Position numbers and translations under genes: made by a program
Notes under the pieces: model-generated
Database searches by the model: none
The model's input: only the letters and a program-made list of their open reading frames with translations
Told to the model about the DNA's origin: nothing
Part shown: positions 1 to 7,318 of the stretch, one piece after another
Layout of the letters: every line of letters begins with the position of its first letter
Position numbering within the stretch: position 1 is the first letter of the stretch
Origin: an uncultured Eubacteriales bacterium
GTDB lineage: Bacteria; Bacillota; Clostridia; Oscillospirales; Acutalibacteraceae
Length of the DNA: 29,098 bases
NCBI GenBank assembly: GCA_964419825.1
Contig: CAYQRS010000001.1
Coordinates: 1 to 29,098 of the forward strand
Direction: 5' to 3'

Positions 1-550
1 GCTCAATGAGGATAACCCAAACGGGCTTTCTGCCGGGCTGAGTGCCGAAGATATAGGGCAGCTCAAGAACAGAAACATCAAAGCTTTCGTCAGCGTAGGA
101 GAAAGCAAGCTCTTCCTGATCGACACGGCTGCGGATGTAGGGATGCTTTTCTGTGAGCTTCATATCGGGGCGCTCTTTTGCAAGGTATGAGAAGTATGAG
201 CCGAGGATAACGGCGCTCTTCATACCAACTTCCTTACAAAGGGGAAGAATACGCTTGAGGGGAGCGATGTTGAATTTGTAGTAAGCATCGTAAACGGGAG
301 CGGGGAATTCAACACGCTCGTCAACGCCTGCGGCGAAAACGAAGCAATCATAGCCCTGAAGCATAGCCTTGATTTCATCGTCTGATTTATCATAGATGTT
401 GCAAAGCTCAATATCCATCTCCTTGGGGATGGGTGCGCCTTCGGGAAGAGGGGGGAGAGCAACGCTCTTAACCTCATGACCGCGCTCGATAAAAATGCGT
501 GCAGCTTCACAGCCCAAAAGACCGGTGCCGCCAATCATAAATACTTTCAT
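1..550 (-). CDS. NAD(P)-dependent epimerase/dehydratase (extended SDR), truncated by the window edge
   Basis: Absent from the ORF track because it has no stop in the window. Manual translation from ATG at 550 gives MKVFMIGGTGLLG (GxxGxxG Rossmann motif), FAAG, YxxxR-like HPYIRSR and LELPYIFG; the frame stays open to position 1. Confidence 0.85.
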   Translation of the reverse strand, partial: MKVFMIGGTGLLGCEAARIFIERGHEVKSVALPPLPEGAPIPKEMDIELCNIYDKSDDEIKAMLQGYDCFVFAAGVDERVEFPAPVYDAYYKFNIAPLKRILPLCKEVGMKSAVILGSYFSYLAKERPDMKLTEKHPYIRSRVDQEELAFSYADESFDVSVLELPYIFGTQPGRKPVWVILIE

Positions 551-583
551 TTCTTCTGGAAATCCTTTCTCTCTCTCTTTATA

Positions 584-1393
584 TTAGCCTTGTGCGTAAG
601 CACCGACCATCATCATATAATCACCAAGCTGAGCGCCGAATTCGGGTGCGCCGTCCATAATCAGCTTGCCTGCCTTGACCGATTCAATCATATCGTCGGT
701 TTGCATAAGTATGCCAAGTGCGCTGTCAAAATTATCGAAGCGCATTGTGAAGAACGGCATTGCACGCTTGTATTCGCCACGACCTGCTCTTGATTTGCCT
801 GCCTTGATGCGGATGTAAGCGCTGACCTCAGGATGATCGTTAACAGCCCAAGCGTAAACACGGTCGGGGCTTTTTGAGGTCCAGCCGTGAACAGTCTCGT
901 GACCGTTCTTGTTAAGGGTGCTGATGCCGCTTGAAAGCAGGTAAAAATAGCACTTAACAAGGAGCTTTTTCTCATCAGGATCCTTTGGCGGTTCTTTTGC
1001 GCCGAGCAGGTTGGCCATTTTCAAAAGCACCATCAGGAACGAAACGAATGCGCCCGTGTGCTTTGCGATGCCCTTCATTTTCGGCAGATATTGCGGCTTG
1101 ATTTCACCCTTGAAAAAGGCATTGAGAGCTTCGATGCTCTTGAATTCAAGCTCGACGTGTGCGTTGTCGGTCAGTTTATCGGTGTGGATGAGCCATTCGC
1201 CGTTGTTAACAACAAAATGTGTGCCGACCTTGCCCTCCGGAACATCGGGGCAGAGTGCACTGACCTGATAAACTGTGTGTGCGTGCTCGAATTTCTTTTT
1301 AAGGCTCGGAACATCCGTTGCGAGAACCTTTACAAGCGGCAGAGCGGCACAGAGGAAGATTTTATTGGTATAAATATCATCTTTTGTTGACAT
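584..1393 (-). CDS. Hypothetical protein with two SCP2 (sterol carrier protein-2)-like repeats
   Basis: ORF 584..1402; an AAGAGG RBS favours ATG at 1393. C-terminus MRFDNFDSALGILMQTDDMIESVKAGKLIMDG resembles the SCP2 tail; N-half ELEFKSIEALNAFFKGEI repeats the pattern. Domain call is by eye. Confidence 0.6.
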   Translation of the reverse strand: MSTKDDIYTNKIFLCAALPLVKVLATDVPSLKKKFEHAHTVYQVSALCPDVPEGKVGTHFVVNNGEWLIHTDKLTDNAHVELEFKSIEALNAFFKGEIKPQYLPKMKGIAKHTGAFVSFLMVLLKMANLLGAKEPPKDPDEKKLLVKCYFYLLSSGISTLNKNGHETVHGWTSKSPDRVYAWAVNDHPEVSAYIRIKAGKSRAGRGEYKRAMPFFTMRFDNFDSALGILMQTDDMIESVKAGKLIMDGAPEFGAQLGDYMMMVGAYAQG

Positions 1394-1405
1394 TCTATTC
1401 ACCTC

Positions 1406-2416
1406 TTAAACTTCGTCTTCCCAATCATCGTCAAGCTCGAAATCTGCGTTCATTGCTTCACGAACTGCGGCGATGATGCCGTTTGAATCGATGCCGAGGA
1501 TTGACATAATATCCTCATGCAAGCCGATGGGTGCGAATTGGTCATTGATGCCGAGGCGTTTGAATGCACAGCCCTTGCCTGTTTCGGCAATAACCTCGCC
1601 GACAGCCGAGCCAAGACCGCCGAGAATTGTGTGATCCTCAACCGTGATAATGCGGCGAGTTTCCTGAATTGCCTTAACAACAGCCTCACGGTCGAGCGGC
1701 TTGATTGTGTGCATATTGAGAACACGAACCTTTAAGCCGTCTGCATTTTCGAGGAAGTTGGCGGCCTGAAGAGCCTGAAAAGCGCAAGAACCGCAAGCGA
1801 TAACCGTAATATCAGTACCCTCGTGGAGCTGAACTGCCTTGCCGACCTCGAAGCCGTAATCTGTGTTTTCGTAAAGAACACGGTCGAAGCCACGGTTAAT
1901 ACGGATGTAGTAAGGACCCGGGTTCTCATAAGCGGCACGGACAGCGTTAACAGTTTCCATACCGTCTGCGGGACAAATCAGGGTGATGTTCGGCATTGAG
2001 CGAACAACTGCCATATCGCAGATTGCGTGGTGAGTTGAGCCTGCCTGACCGAAGGATGTACCTGAATGGGTTGCAATGATTTTTGCGTTAACATTCTGGT
2101 AGCAAATATCCGTGTGGAGCTGGTCTGCACTGCGCAGAGAAGCGAAAACGGAGAAGGTTGAAAGGAACGGCACAAGACCTGCCTTTGCCATACCTGCGGC
2201 AACGCCGAACATATTCTGCTCTGCAATGCCGACATTGAAGTATCTGTCGGGGAAGTGCTCGCCGAACATACCGATTTTTGTCGATTTGCCGAGGTCTGCG
2301 GTGAGCGCAACAACATCATCGTGCTGTTCGCCAAGCTCAACAAGAGCCTTGCCGTAATATTCCGCCGTTGAAAGAGCGGTTGATTCGGTTGCAGTATAAG
2401 TTAATCCGCCTGCCAT
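1406..2416 (-). CDS. Split transketolase-like enzyme, C-terminal (pyrimidine-binding) subunit
   Basis: 336 aa with ADLGKS, VGIAEQN, THSG..GSTHH, RINRG, HTIKPLD and EDHTILGGLGS motifs. Confidence 0.92.
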   Translation of the reverse strand: MAGGLTYTATESTALSTAEYYGKALVELGEQHDDVVALTADLGKSTKIGMFGEHFPDRYFNVGIAEQNMFGVAAGMAKAGLVPFLSTFSVFASLRSADQLHTDICYQNVNAKIIATHSGTSFGQAGSTHHAICDMAVVRSMPNITLICPADGMETVNAVRAAYENPGPYYIRINRGFDRVLYENTDYGFEVGKAVQLHEGTDITVIACGSCAFQALQAANFLENADGLKVRVLNMHTIKPLDREAVVKAIQETRRIITVEDHTILGGLGSAVGEVIAETGKGCAFKRLGINDQFAPIGLHEDIMSILGIDSNGIIAAVREAMNADFELDDDWEDEV

Positions 2417-2418
2417 AA

Positions 2419-3288
2419 TTATGCGCCCTCCTTTTCTGCTCGTTCGCAGCGTTTTTTGTATGCGGCCTCAAGGCTTGCCTTAGCGAGGTTGTAACGCTCC
2501 TCGTTAAGTGCGCCGTAGTGCCAGTTGTAATCGTTTTCCATAAAGTCGATGCAGCAGCCCTTGACTGTGTTTGCAACAATCATGGTCGGCTTCTCATCGT
2601 GAGCGAGTGCGTAATCAATAGCGTCGCAAAGCTCGCTGATGTTGTTGCCGTCAACCTCGATAACGTGCATACCGAAGGCACGCCATTTGTCGCAGAAGGG
2701 TTCAAGCTTCATAACCTCTTCTGTCGGACCGTCAATCATACATTTGTTGCGGTCAACGAAGCTGATAACGTTACTGATGTTGAAGTGGGCGATTGTCATT
2801 GCGGCTTCCCAGTTAGAGCCTTCGTCACATTCGCCGTCGCCGAGGATGCAGAAGGTTTTGTAATCCTTGCCCTTAAGCTTTGCGGCAAGAGCCATACCTG
2901 CGGCAATGGAAAGACCGTGACCGAGCGAGCCTGTTGAAGCGTCAACGCCGATAACCTTGTTTGAATCAAGATGGATGCCCATCTTTGAGTTAGTGAGGTT
3001 AAAGGTTTTGAGCTGTTCGGGGTCATTGAAGCCGTAATCGACGAGTACGGGCGCATAAGCGATGCCTGCGTGACCCTTACTCATAACGAAACGGTCTCTG
3101 TCCTCCCAGTTGGGGTTGTTTTTGTCAAGGCGCATATATTTGTGGTACAGTACGGTCATCATATCCATAACGCTCATACCGCCGCCGATGTGACCGCTGC
3201 CTGCCCAATATGTAGTGTCGAGGCAGAGGTTACGCAGCTCAAACGCCTTTTTTTCAAGGGCTAACCATTCGTCTTTTTTTAATGGCAT
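2419..3288 (-). CDS. Split transketolase-like enzyme, N-terminal ThDP-binding subunit
   Basis: 289 aa with SGHIGG, DRFVMSKGH, GSLGHG and the ThDP motif GDGECDEG...N; directly upstream of the C-terminal subunit. Confidence 0.93.
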   Translation of the reverse strand: MPLKKDEWLALEKKAFELRNLCLDTTYWAGSGHIGGGMSVMDMMTVLYHKYMRLDKNNPNWEDRDRFVMSKGHAGIAYAPVLVDYGFNDPEQLKTFNLTNSKMGIHLDSNKVIGVDASTGSLGHGLSIAAGMALAAKLKGKDYKTFCILGDGECDEGSNWEAAMTIAHFNISNVISFVDRNKCMIDGPTEEVMKLEPFCDKWRAFGMHVIEVDGNNISELCDAIDYALAHDEKPTMIVANTVKGCCIDFMENDYNWHYGALNEERYNLAKASLEAAYKKRCERAEKEGA

Positions 3289-3329
3289 AATGCTAATCCT
3301 CCAATTTTATTAAATTTTAAAAAATTCAA

Positions 3330-4592
3330 TTAAAACAGTTCGGGGTGATTTGCCGCAACGGTTTTGAATGCTTCGTCAGAAATCTCCAGAGTGAGGTTGA
3401 TATCCTCATCGGTGAGGGCGGCATTGATGAAGTGGTTGTGGTGGCTTGCGAAGAATACGCCTCTCTTAACACATTCGGCAACCCATTCCTGATGGAGCAT
3501 CATTGAGTTGTCGTTTGCGATTCTGAAATAGAACAGCGAGGGCTCGCCCGAAACAACAAGGTCGAAGCCGTTGTTTGCCGCTGTTGCTTTAAGACCGTTT
3601 GTGAGCTTGAGTCCCTTTTCACGGAAGAGGGCGGGTGCGTTGATTTCTTTAAGCTTGTTGATGCAGGTGATGCCTGCGGCAAAGGGAATTGAGCTTAACC
3701 AATAGCTGCCTGTGTAGCTCAGGGAGCTGACTGCGCTCTTGAGCGAGTCCTTACCGCAAAGGCAACTTACATTCCAGCCGTTTGCAATCGCCTTGCAGAA
3801 GCAGATGAGGTCTGCCTCAAAGCCGTAATAATGGTCTGAGCCTGCAAGGTCAAGGCGGAAGCCCGCACGAACGTCGTCAACGATGAGGACGATGCCCTTG
3901 CGTGTGCAAAGCTCACGAACCTTTTGCCAATAGCCGTCGGCAGGAAGCTCATTGTCACGGTAGTTGCCGTGCATATAGGGCGTTGCGATGAATGCGGCAA
4001 CCTCGTTTTCGTTGTCGGAAACCAGCTTTTCGAGTGCTTCAAAATCGTTCCAATCAACATAGAGGTTGTTTTCAACATCCTCAGGGATAACGCCAGGGTA
4101 ATCGAGCTTCTGAGTCCAAGGCGAAACGCCGTGATAGAAGCCGTTTACGAAGATGATTTTTTTGCGGTTGGTTGCTGCACGGGCTGTCATAATTGCACAG
4201 GTTGTAACATCGTTGCCGTTCTTTGCAAAGAATGCCCAATCGGCGCTTGCAACCGTGTCAACCATAAGCTCTGCAAATTCAACCATTACCTTGCCGGGTG
4301 CGGTCGTGCAGTTGCCGAGCTTTGCCTGAGCGGCTGCCGCAGCGTCAACCTCCTTGTCGCAATAGCCGAGAATGTTCGGACCGTATGCGCACATATAGTC
4401 GATAAAGCGGTTGCCGTCAACATCCCAAAAATAAGTGCCCTCTGCTTTTTCGGCGAAGAAGGGCCAAGCCGAAACGGGGATGAAGTTGCCCTCTGCAGGG
4501 CCGAGGTGACCGTAAACACCGGAGGGGATGACTTTTGTCGCACGGTTAAAGTATTCACGGCTCTTTGTGTAATCGTTAATCGGGAAACTCAT
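3330..4592 (-). CDS. Class III PLP aminotransferase, GSA-aminomutase-like but divergent
   Basis: 420 aa; DVDGNRFIDY, YGPNILG, GFYHG, DDVRAGFR and PLP lysine in FCKAIANG. Differs from HemL signatures (NSGTEA, DEVMTGFR, GKIIGGG). Confidence 0.88.
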   Translation of the reverse strand: MSFPINDYTKSREYFNRATKVIPSGVYGHLGPAEGNFIPVSAWPFFAEKAEGTYFWDVDGNRFIDYMCAYGPNILGYCDKEVDAAAAAQAKLGNCTTAPGKVMVEFAELMVDTVASADWAFFAKNGNDVTTCAIMTARAATNRKKIIFVNGFYHGVSPWTQKLDYPGVIPEDVENNLYVDWNDFEALEKLVSDNENEVAAFIATPYMHGNYRDNELPADGYWQKVRELCTRKGIVLIVDDVRAGFRLDLAGSDHYYGFEADLICFCKAIANGWNVSCLCGKDSLKSAVSSLSYTGSYWLSSIPFAAGITCINKLKEINAPALFREKGLKLTNGLKATAANNGFDLVVSGEPSLFYFRIANDNSMMLHQEWVAECVKRGVFFASHHNHFINAALTDEDINLTLEISDEAFKTVAANHPELF

Positions 4593-4608
4593 TTCTATCT
4601 CCTCCTTG

Positions 4609-5385
4609 TTATGCTAAATACAGAGCAACTCTGTCGAGAATTCTGTTGAGGTTGTCGAGCATATTGATCATGCCCTTCATTTCGATCGTGCCTTCGCCGA
4701 TGCAGGCGAGGGAGTTAATCTTGCCGTCGAAAAGCTGCCTTGCCAGGTCGAGATTGTCGAACTGCATGATAGCTCTCGGATTTTCACAGCGCTGTTTAAC
4801 GGTGAGAAGCTTATGGTCCTTAACACGGATCGTTGCGGCAACATCGTCCTTGATGCCGAAGCTGATTTCGCCGTCGGGAATGAGGTGCGCCGAGAAAGTG
4901 CCCTTGAAATCGTTGTTGCCGATTTGTGAAAGTGCAACTGAGATTACATAGAACATCAGCCTTGTGCTTGTTTCGAAAAATTCTCTGTCCTCAAGTGCTT
5001 CGGGTGAGGGACGGAGCATCTCATTGAGTCTGTCGGTCAGCTTAACGAATTGCTTGAGCAGGAAGCCGATATGGCGGAAGCCCTTGGTCGGAATCGGGGT
5101 GGTTGTGCCCTCGATAAGACCGTTGAATTTTTCGCAGCTGCTGAACGGAAGCTTAACGTCGCAATCGAAACAGCCCTGCTCCATGCGGCAACGGCCGTTC
5201 TTGAAATAAAGCGTAGCTTTCGGACCGTCTGCAACATCGAAGCCGATTGAGATGGGCTTTGTGTTGGAAATCAGCGCCGAAGCAACGGTATCTATTTCAC
5301 AAAGGTTTTCAAGCGTGCCGAGGATAGCGTACATATTTATGTAGGCTAAGGTTTTTGAATCCGTCAAAGTGATTTTGTCTGTCAA
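4609..5385 (-). CDS. Hypothetical protein with two SCP2-like repeats
   Basis: 258 aa; TTG start 8 nt after AAGGAGG (5400-5394). C-terminus MQFDNLDLARQLFDGKINSLACIGEGTIEMKG is SCP2-like; the N-half repeats it (VKLPFSSCEKFNGLIEG). Confidence 0.6.
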   Translation of the reverse strand: MTDKITLTDSKTLAYINMYAILGTLENLCEIDTVASALISNTKPISIGFDVADGPKATLYFKNGRCRMEQGCFDCDVKLPFSSCEKFNGLIEGTTTPIPTKGFRHIGFLLKQFVKLTDRLNEMLRPSPEALEDREFFETSTRLMFYVISVALSQIGNNDFKGTFSAHLIPDGEISFGIKDDVAATIRVKDHKLLTVKQRCENPRAIMQFDNLDLARQLFDGKINSLACIGEGTIEMKGMINMLDNLNRILDRVALYLA

Positions 5386-5425
5386 AACGCATTCCTCCTT
5401 GTTATACTTATAATATATTAGTTTT

Positions 5426-5455
5426 ATTTTAACCTTAAAAGCATAGGTTTGTCAA
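5426..5455 (-). promoter_or_regulatory. sigma70/sigmaA promoter of the aminotransferase-transketolase operon
   Basis: Minus strand TTGACA (5455-5450), N18, TAAAAT (5431-5426), upstream of the RBS at 5400-5394. Confidence 0.7.
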
Positions 5456-5509
5456 TACTGTACAATGTTCTTTTAACAATTTAACAATTTATTCACTCTT
5501 TTCAACAGC

Positions 5510-5538
5510 AAAAAGCACCTGCTTTGCGGCAGGTGCTT
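5510..5538 (-). terminator. Intrinsic terminator of the metallophosphoesterase gene
   Basis: 10-bp stem AAGCACCTGC/GCAGGTGCTT, 6-nt loop, U-tract on the minus strand, 17 nt after the stop at 5555. Confidence 0.85.
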
Positions 5539-5554
5539 CAAAGCGCTGTTAATC

Positions 5555-7141
5555 TCAGCCAAAGAGTGAACCGTTCAAAAGGCGGAAGATGAAGTTAACG
5601 ATTTTTGCAATCCAAGCGGCGACATAAGCGAGGCTGTTGACCTCTTCGCCGTAGCCCGGGATTGAGCCTTTAATATCTTCGATGCCGTCATCGTCGCAGA
5701 GGAAAGCTTCGATAATGGGTTGAATGAGCTTGTTCATAATGTCGCCGTCTGCATCGACGATTTTTGCGACAATATCGCTTTCCGTTGCGCAAGCGTATTC
5801 GATTGCGGCATAGGCAATCTTAGCCTCGGTTGTGTCTTTGTTGTAGATTCTGTTGCCGATGGTGTAATCGTTGAAAATTTGGCAGATGATTTCCCAAACA
5901 TTGTTGTATTTGCTGTCGGGGATTTTGATGCCTTTTTCTGCGGCAAGCTTTTGAAGTCCGTCATCGCCGTAAAGCGGAATGTCGAATGTGTTTTTGAGTG
6001 CGGTGCAGAGCTTGTCAACCGTTGAATAAAGGGGACTGTCCTCAGCAATATCAAGGCTTGCGGGGGCGATTGAAGCTCTAACGGTTGCAAGTGTGAGCGC
6101 ATCGTACCTCTGCTTTGCATAGGCTTGGAAATCGGTTGACATTGCGTTCAGCTCATCTGCTGAGTAGCCTGCTGTAACTGCGCCGAGCGCCTGACCGTCG
6201 ATTGTTTTAACGCAGTCAACATCGTAGCTGATTGTTTTATCGGTGAGGGTGAAGCGGCGGTACTGCGAGGGATAGCTGTTGAGTGCAGGTGAGCAGAAAT
6301 CGTAAATCGTGTTGCCGGAGGGGCTTGTGAGGGCGGCGACATCGCCTGTGTGGGTGTGACCCGTGAAAACAAGCTTAATGCCCATATCGGCAAACATCGA
6401 GGCGTATGTACGGGGGAGATCGACGATGTATTTGTCGTCTGTCAAGCGCTGGAGCGGCTTGTGCTCAAGGAGATTGTGGTGCATCATAAGTATCGGCTTT
6501 TTGCCCATCGCCTTGATCTCCTTGGCGGCGTTTTTCAGCCAGCTCAAGCGTGCCGAATCAACGCCGTTTGCAAGCATATACTGTTCGTCACAGCTATCGA
6601 GTGCGATGAGTGCATATTCATCGTTAAGCTCAACTGCGTATGAGCAACAGCTTGAATCAACGCTGAAAGCCTTATCGTAGCCGAATTCGTTGTAAATCTC
6701 GGCAAATTCGGTATGGCTGACAACTGCCTGCGGGTTGGAGGAGTTATCGTGGTTGCCGTTGATAACATAGACCTGCTTGCCTGTTTCCTGCTCAAACTTG
6801 CGGAATTTTGCGGCAACTGTTTCGTGGTCGGCACGGTAATCACGACCGTAGGTCGCAAGGTCACCGGGTACGAGGATGAAATCAATGCTGTCGTCTGCGG
6901 CGCATTGCTTGAGGAAAGCGTCAATGATGAAGCCGCTTTCGTGCTGCATTGTGTGACCGCTTTTGTTGGTGTTGAATGCCGTGACCGATTCAACATAATC
7001 GCTGCGGTTGGGCATCGGGTGAACATAGTGAATATCCGTTGCAACGGCAAAGCCGCAAGCGCCGTTATCGGCAACGGCGGCAACGCTCACAGCCGAAAAG
7101 ACGAACACAACGGCCAAAAGCACGCTGATGATTTTTTTCAT
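5555..7141 (-). CDS. Secreted calcineurin-like metallophosphoesterase
   Basis: 528 aa; signal peptide MKKIISVLLAVV...AVAD; metal motifs TDIH, GDL, GNHD, MHH and GHTH in canonical order. Confidence 0.88.
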   Translation of the reverse strand: MKKIISVLLAVVFVFSAVSVAAVADNGACGFAVATDIHYVHPMPNRSDYVESVTAFNTNKSGHTMQHESGFIIDAFLKQCAADDSIDFILVPGDLATYGRDYRADHETVAAKFRKFEQETGKQVYVINGNHDNSSNPQAVVSHTEFAEIYNEFGYDKAFSVDSSCCSYAVELNDEYALIALDSCDEQYMLANGVDSARLSWLKNAAKEIKAMGKKPILMMHHNLLEHKPLQRLTDDKYIVDLPRTYASMFADMGIKLVFTGHTHTGDVAALTSPSGNTIYDFCSPALNSYPSQYRRFTLTDKTISYDVDCVKTIDGQALGAVTAGYSADELNAMSTDFQAYAKQRYDALTLATVRASIAPASLDIAEDSPLYSTVDKLCTALKNTFDIPLYGDDGLQKLAAEKGIKIPDSKYNNVWEIICQIFNDYTIGNRIYNKDTTEAKIAYAAIEYACATESDIVAKIVDADGDIMNKLIQPIIEAFLCDDDGIEDIKGSIPGYGEEVNSLAYVAAWIAKIVNFIFRLLNGSLFG

Positions 7142-7179
7142 ATTTTTTCAAACCTTTCTTATAGTTATTTATAAGGTAA

Positions 7180-7208
7180 ATTTTAGCACGAGTTTGTAAC
7201 AGTGTCAA
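7180..7208 (-). promoter_or_regulatory. sigma70 promoter of the metallophosphoesterase gene
   Basis: Minus strand TTGACA (7208-7203), N17, TAAAAT (7185-7180). Confidence 0.75.
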
Positions 7209-7256
7209 CAAATTTGTTGCGCAAATGTTGCAGGGGTGTAAATTCGCAAAAAGTAA

Positions 7257-7285
7257 TTGAAAAAATCAAAGCGGTATGATATGAT
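7257..7285 (+). promoter_or_regulatory. sigma70 promoter with extended -10 for the TPR protein operon
   Basis: TTGAAA (7257-7262), N17 containing TG, TATGAT (7280-7285); RBS AAGGAGG then TTG start at 7319. Confidence 0.65.
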
Positions 7286-7318
7286 AACATTAGTTTATTT
7301 TGAGAAGGAGGTTTTCTT

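Noticed and set aside
1-550. SDR as the cholesterol dehydrogenase IsmA because of nearby SCP2-like genes
   Set aside because: Only generic extended-SDR motifs are visible and the gene is truncated; identity cannot be supported without an alignment.
1406-3288. Housekeeping pentose-phosphate transketolase
   Set aside because: Substrate-binding Asp and Arg equivalents are Ala, and the genes sit inside a specialised operon.
3330-4592. Annotation as hemL
   Set aside because: Key HemL motifs are altered and the context is catabolic, with no heme genes.
3924-4649. 241-aa plus-strand ORF
   Set aside because: Antisense shadow of the aminotransferase gene; no motifs or RBS.
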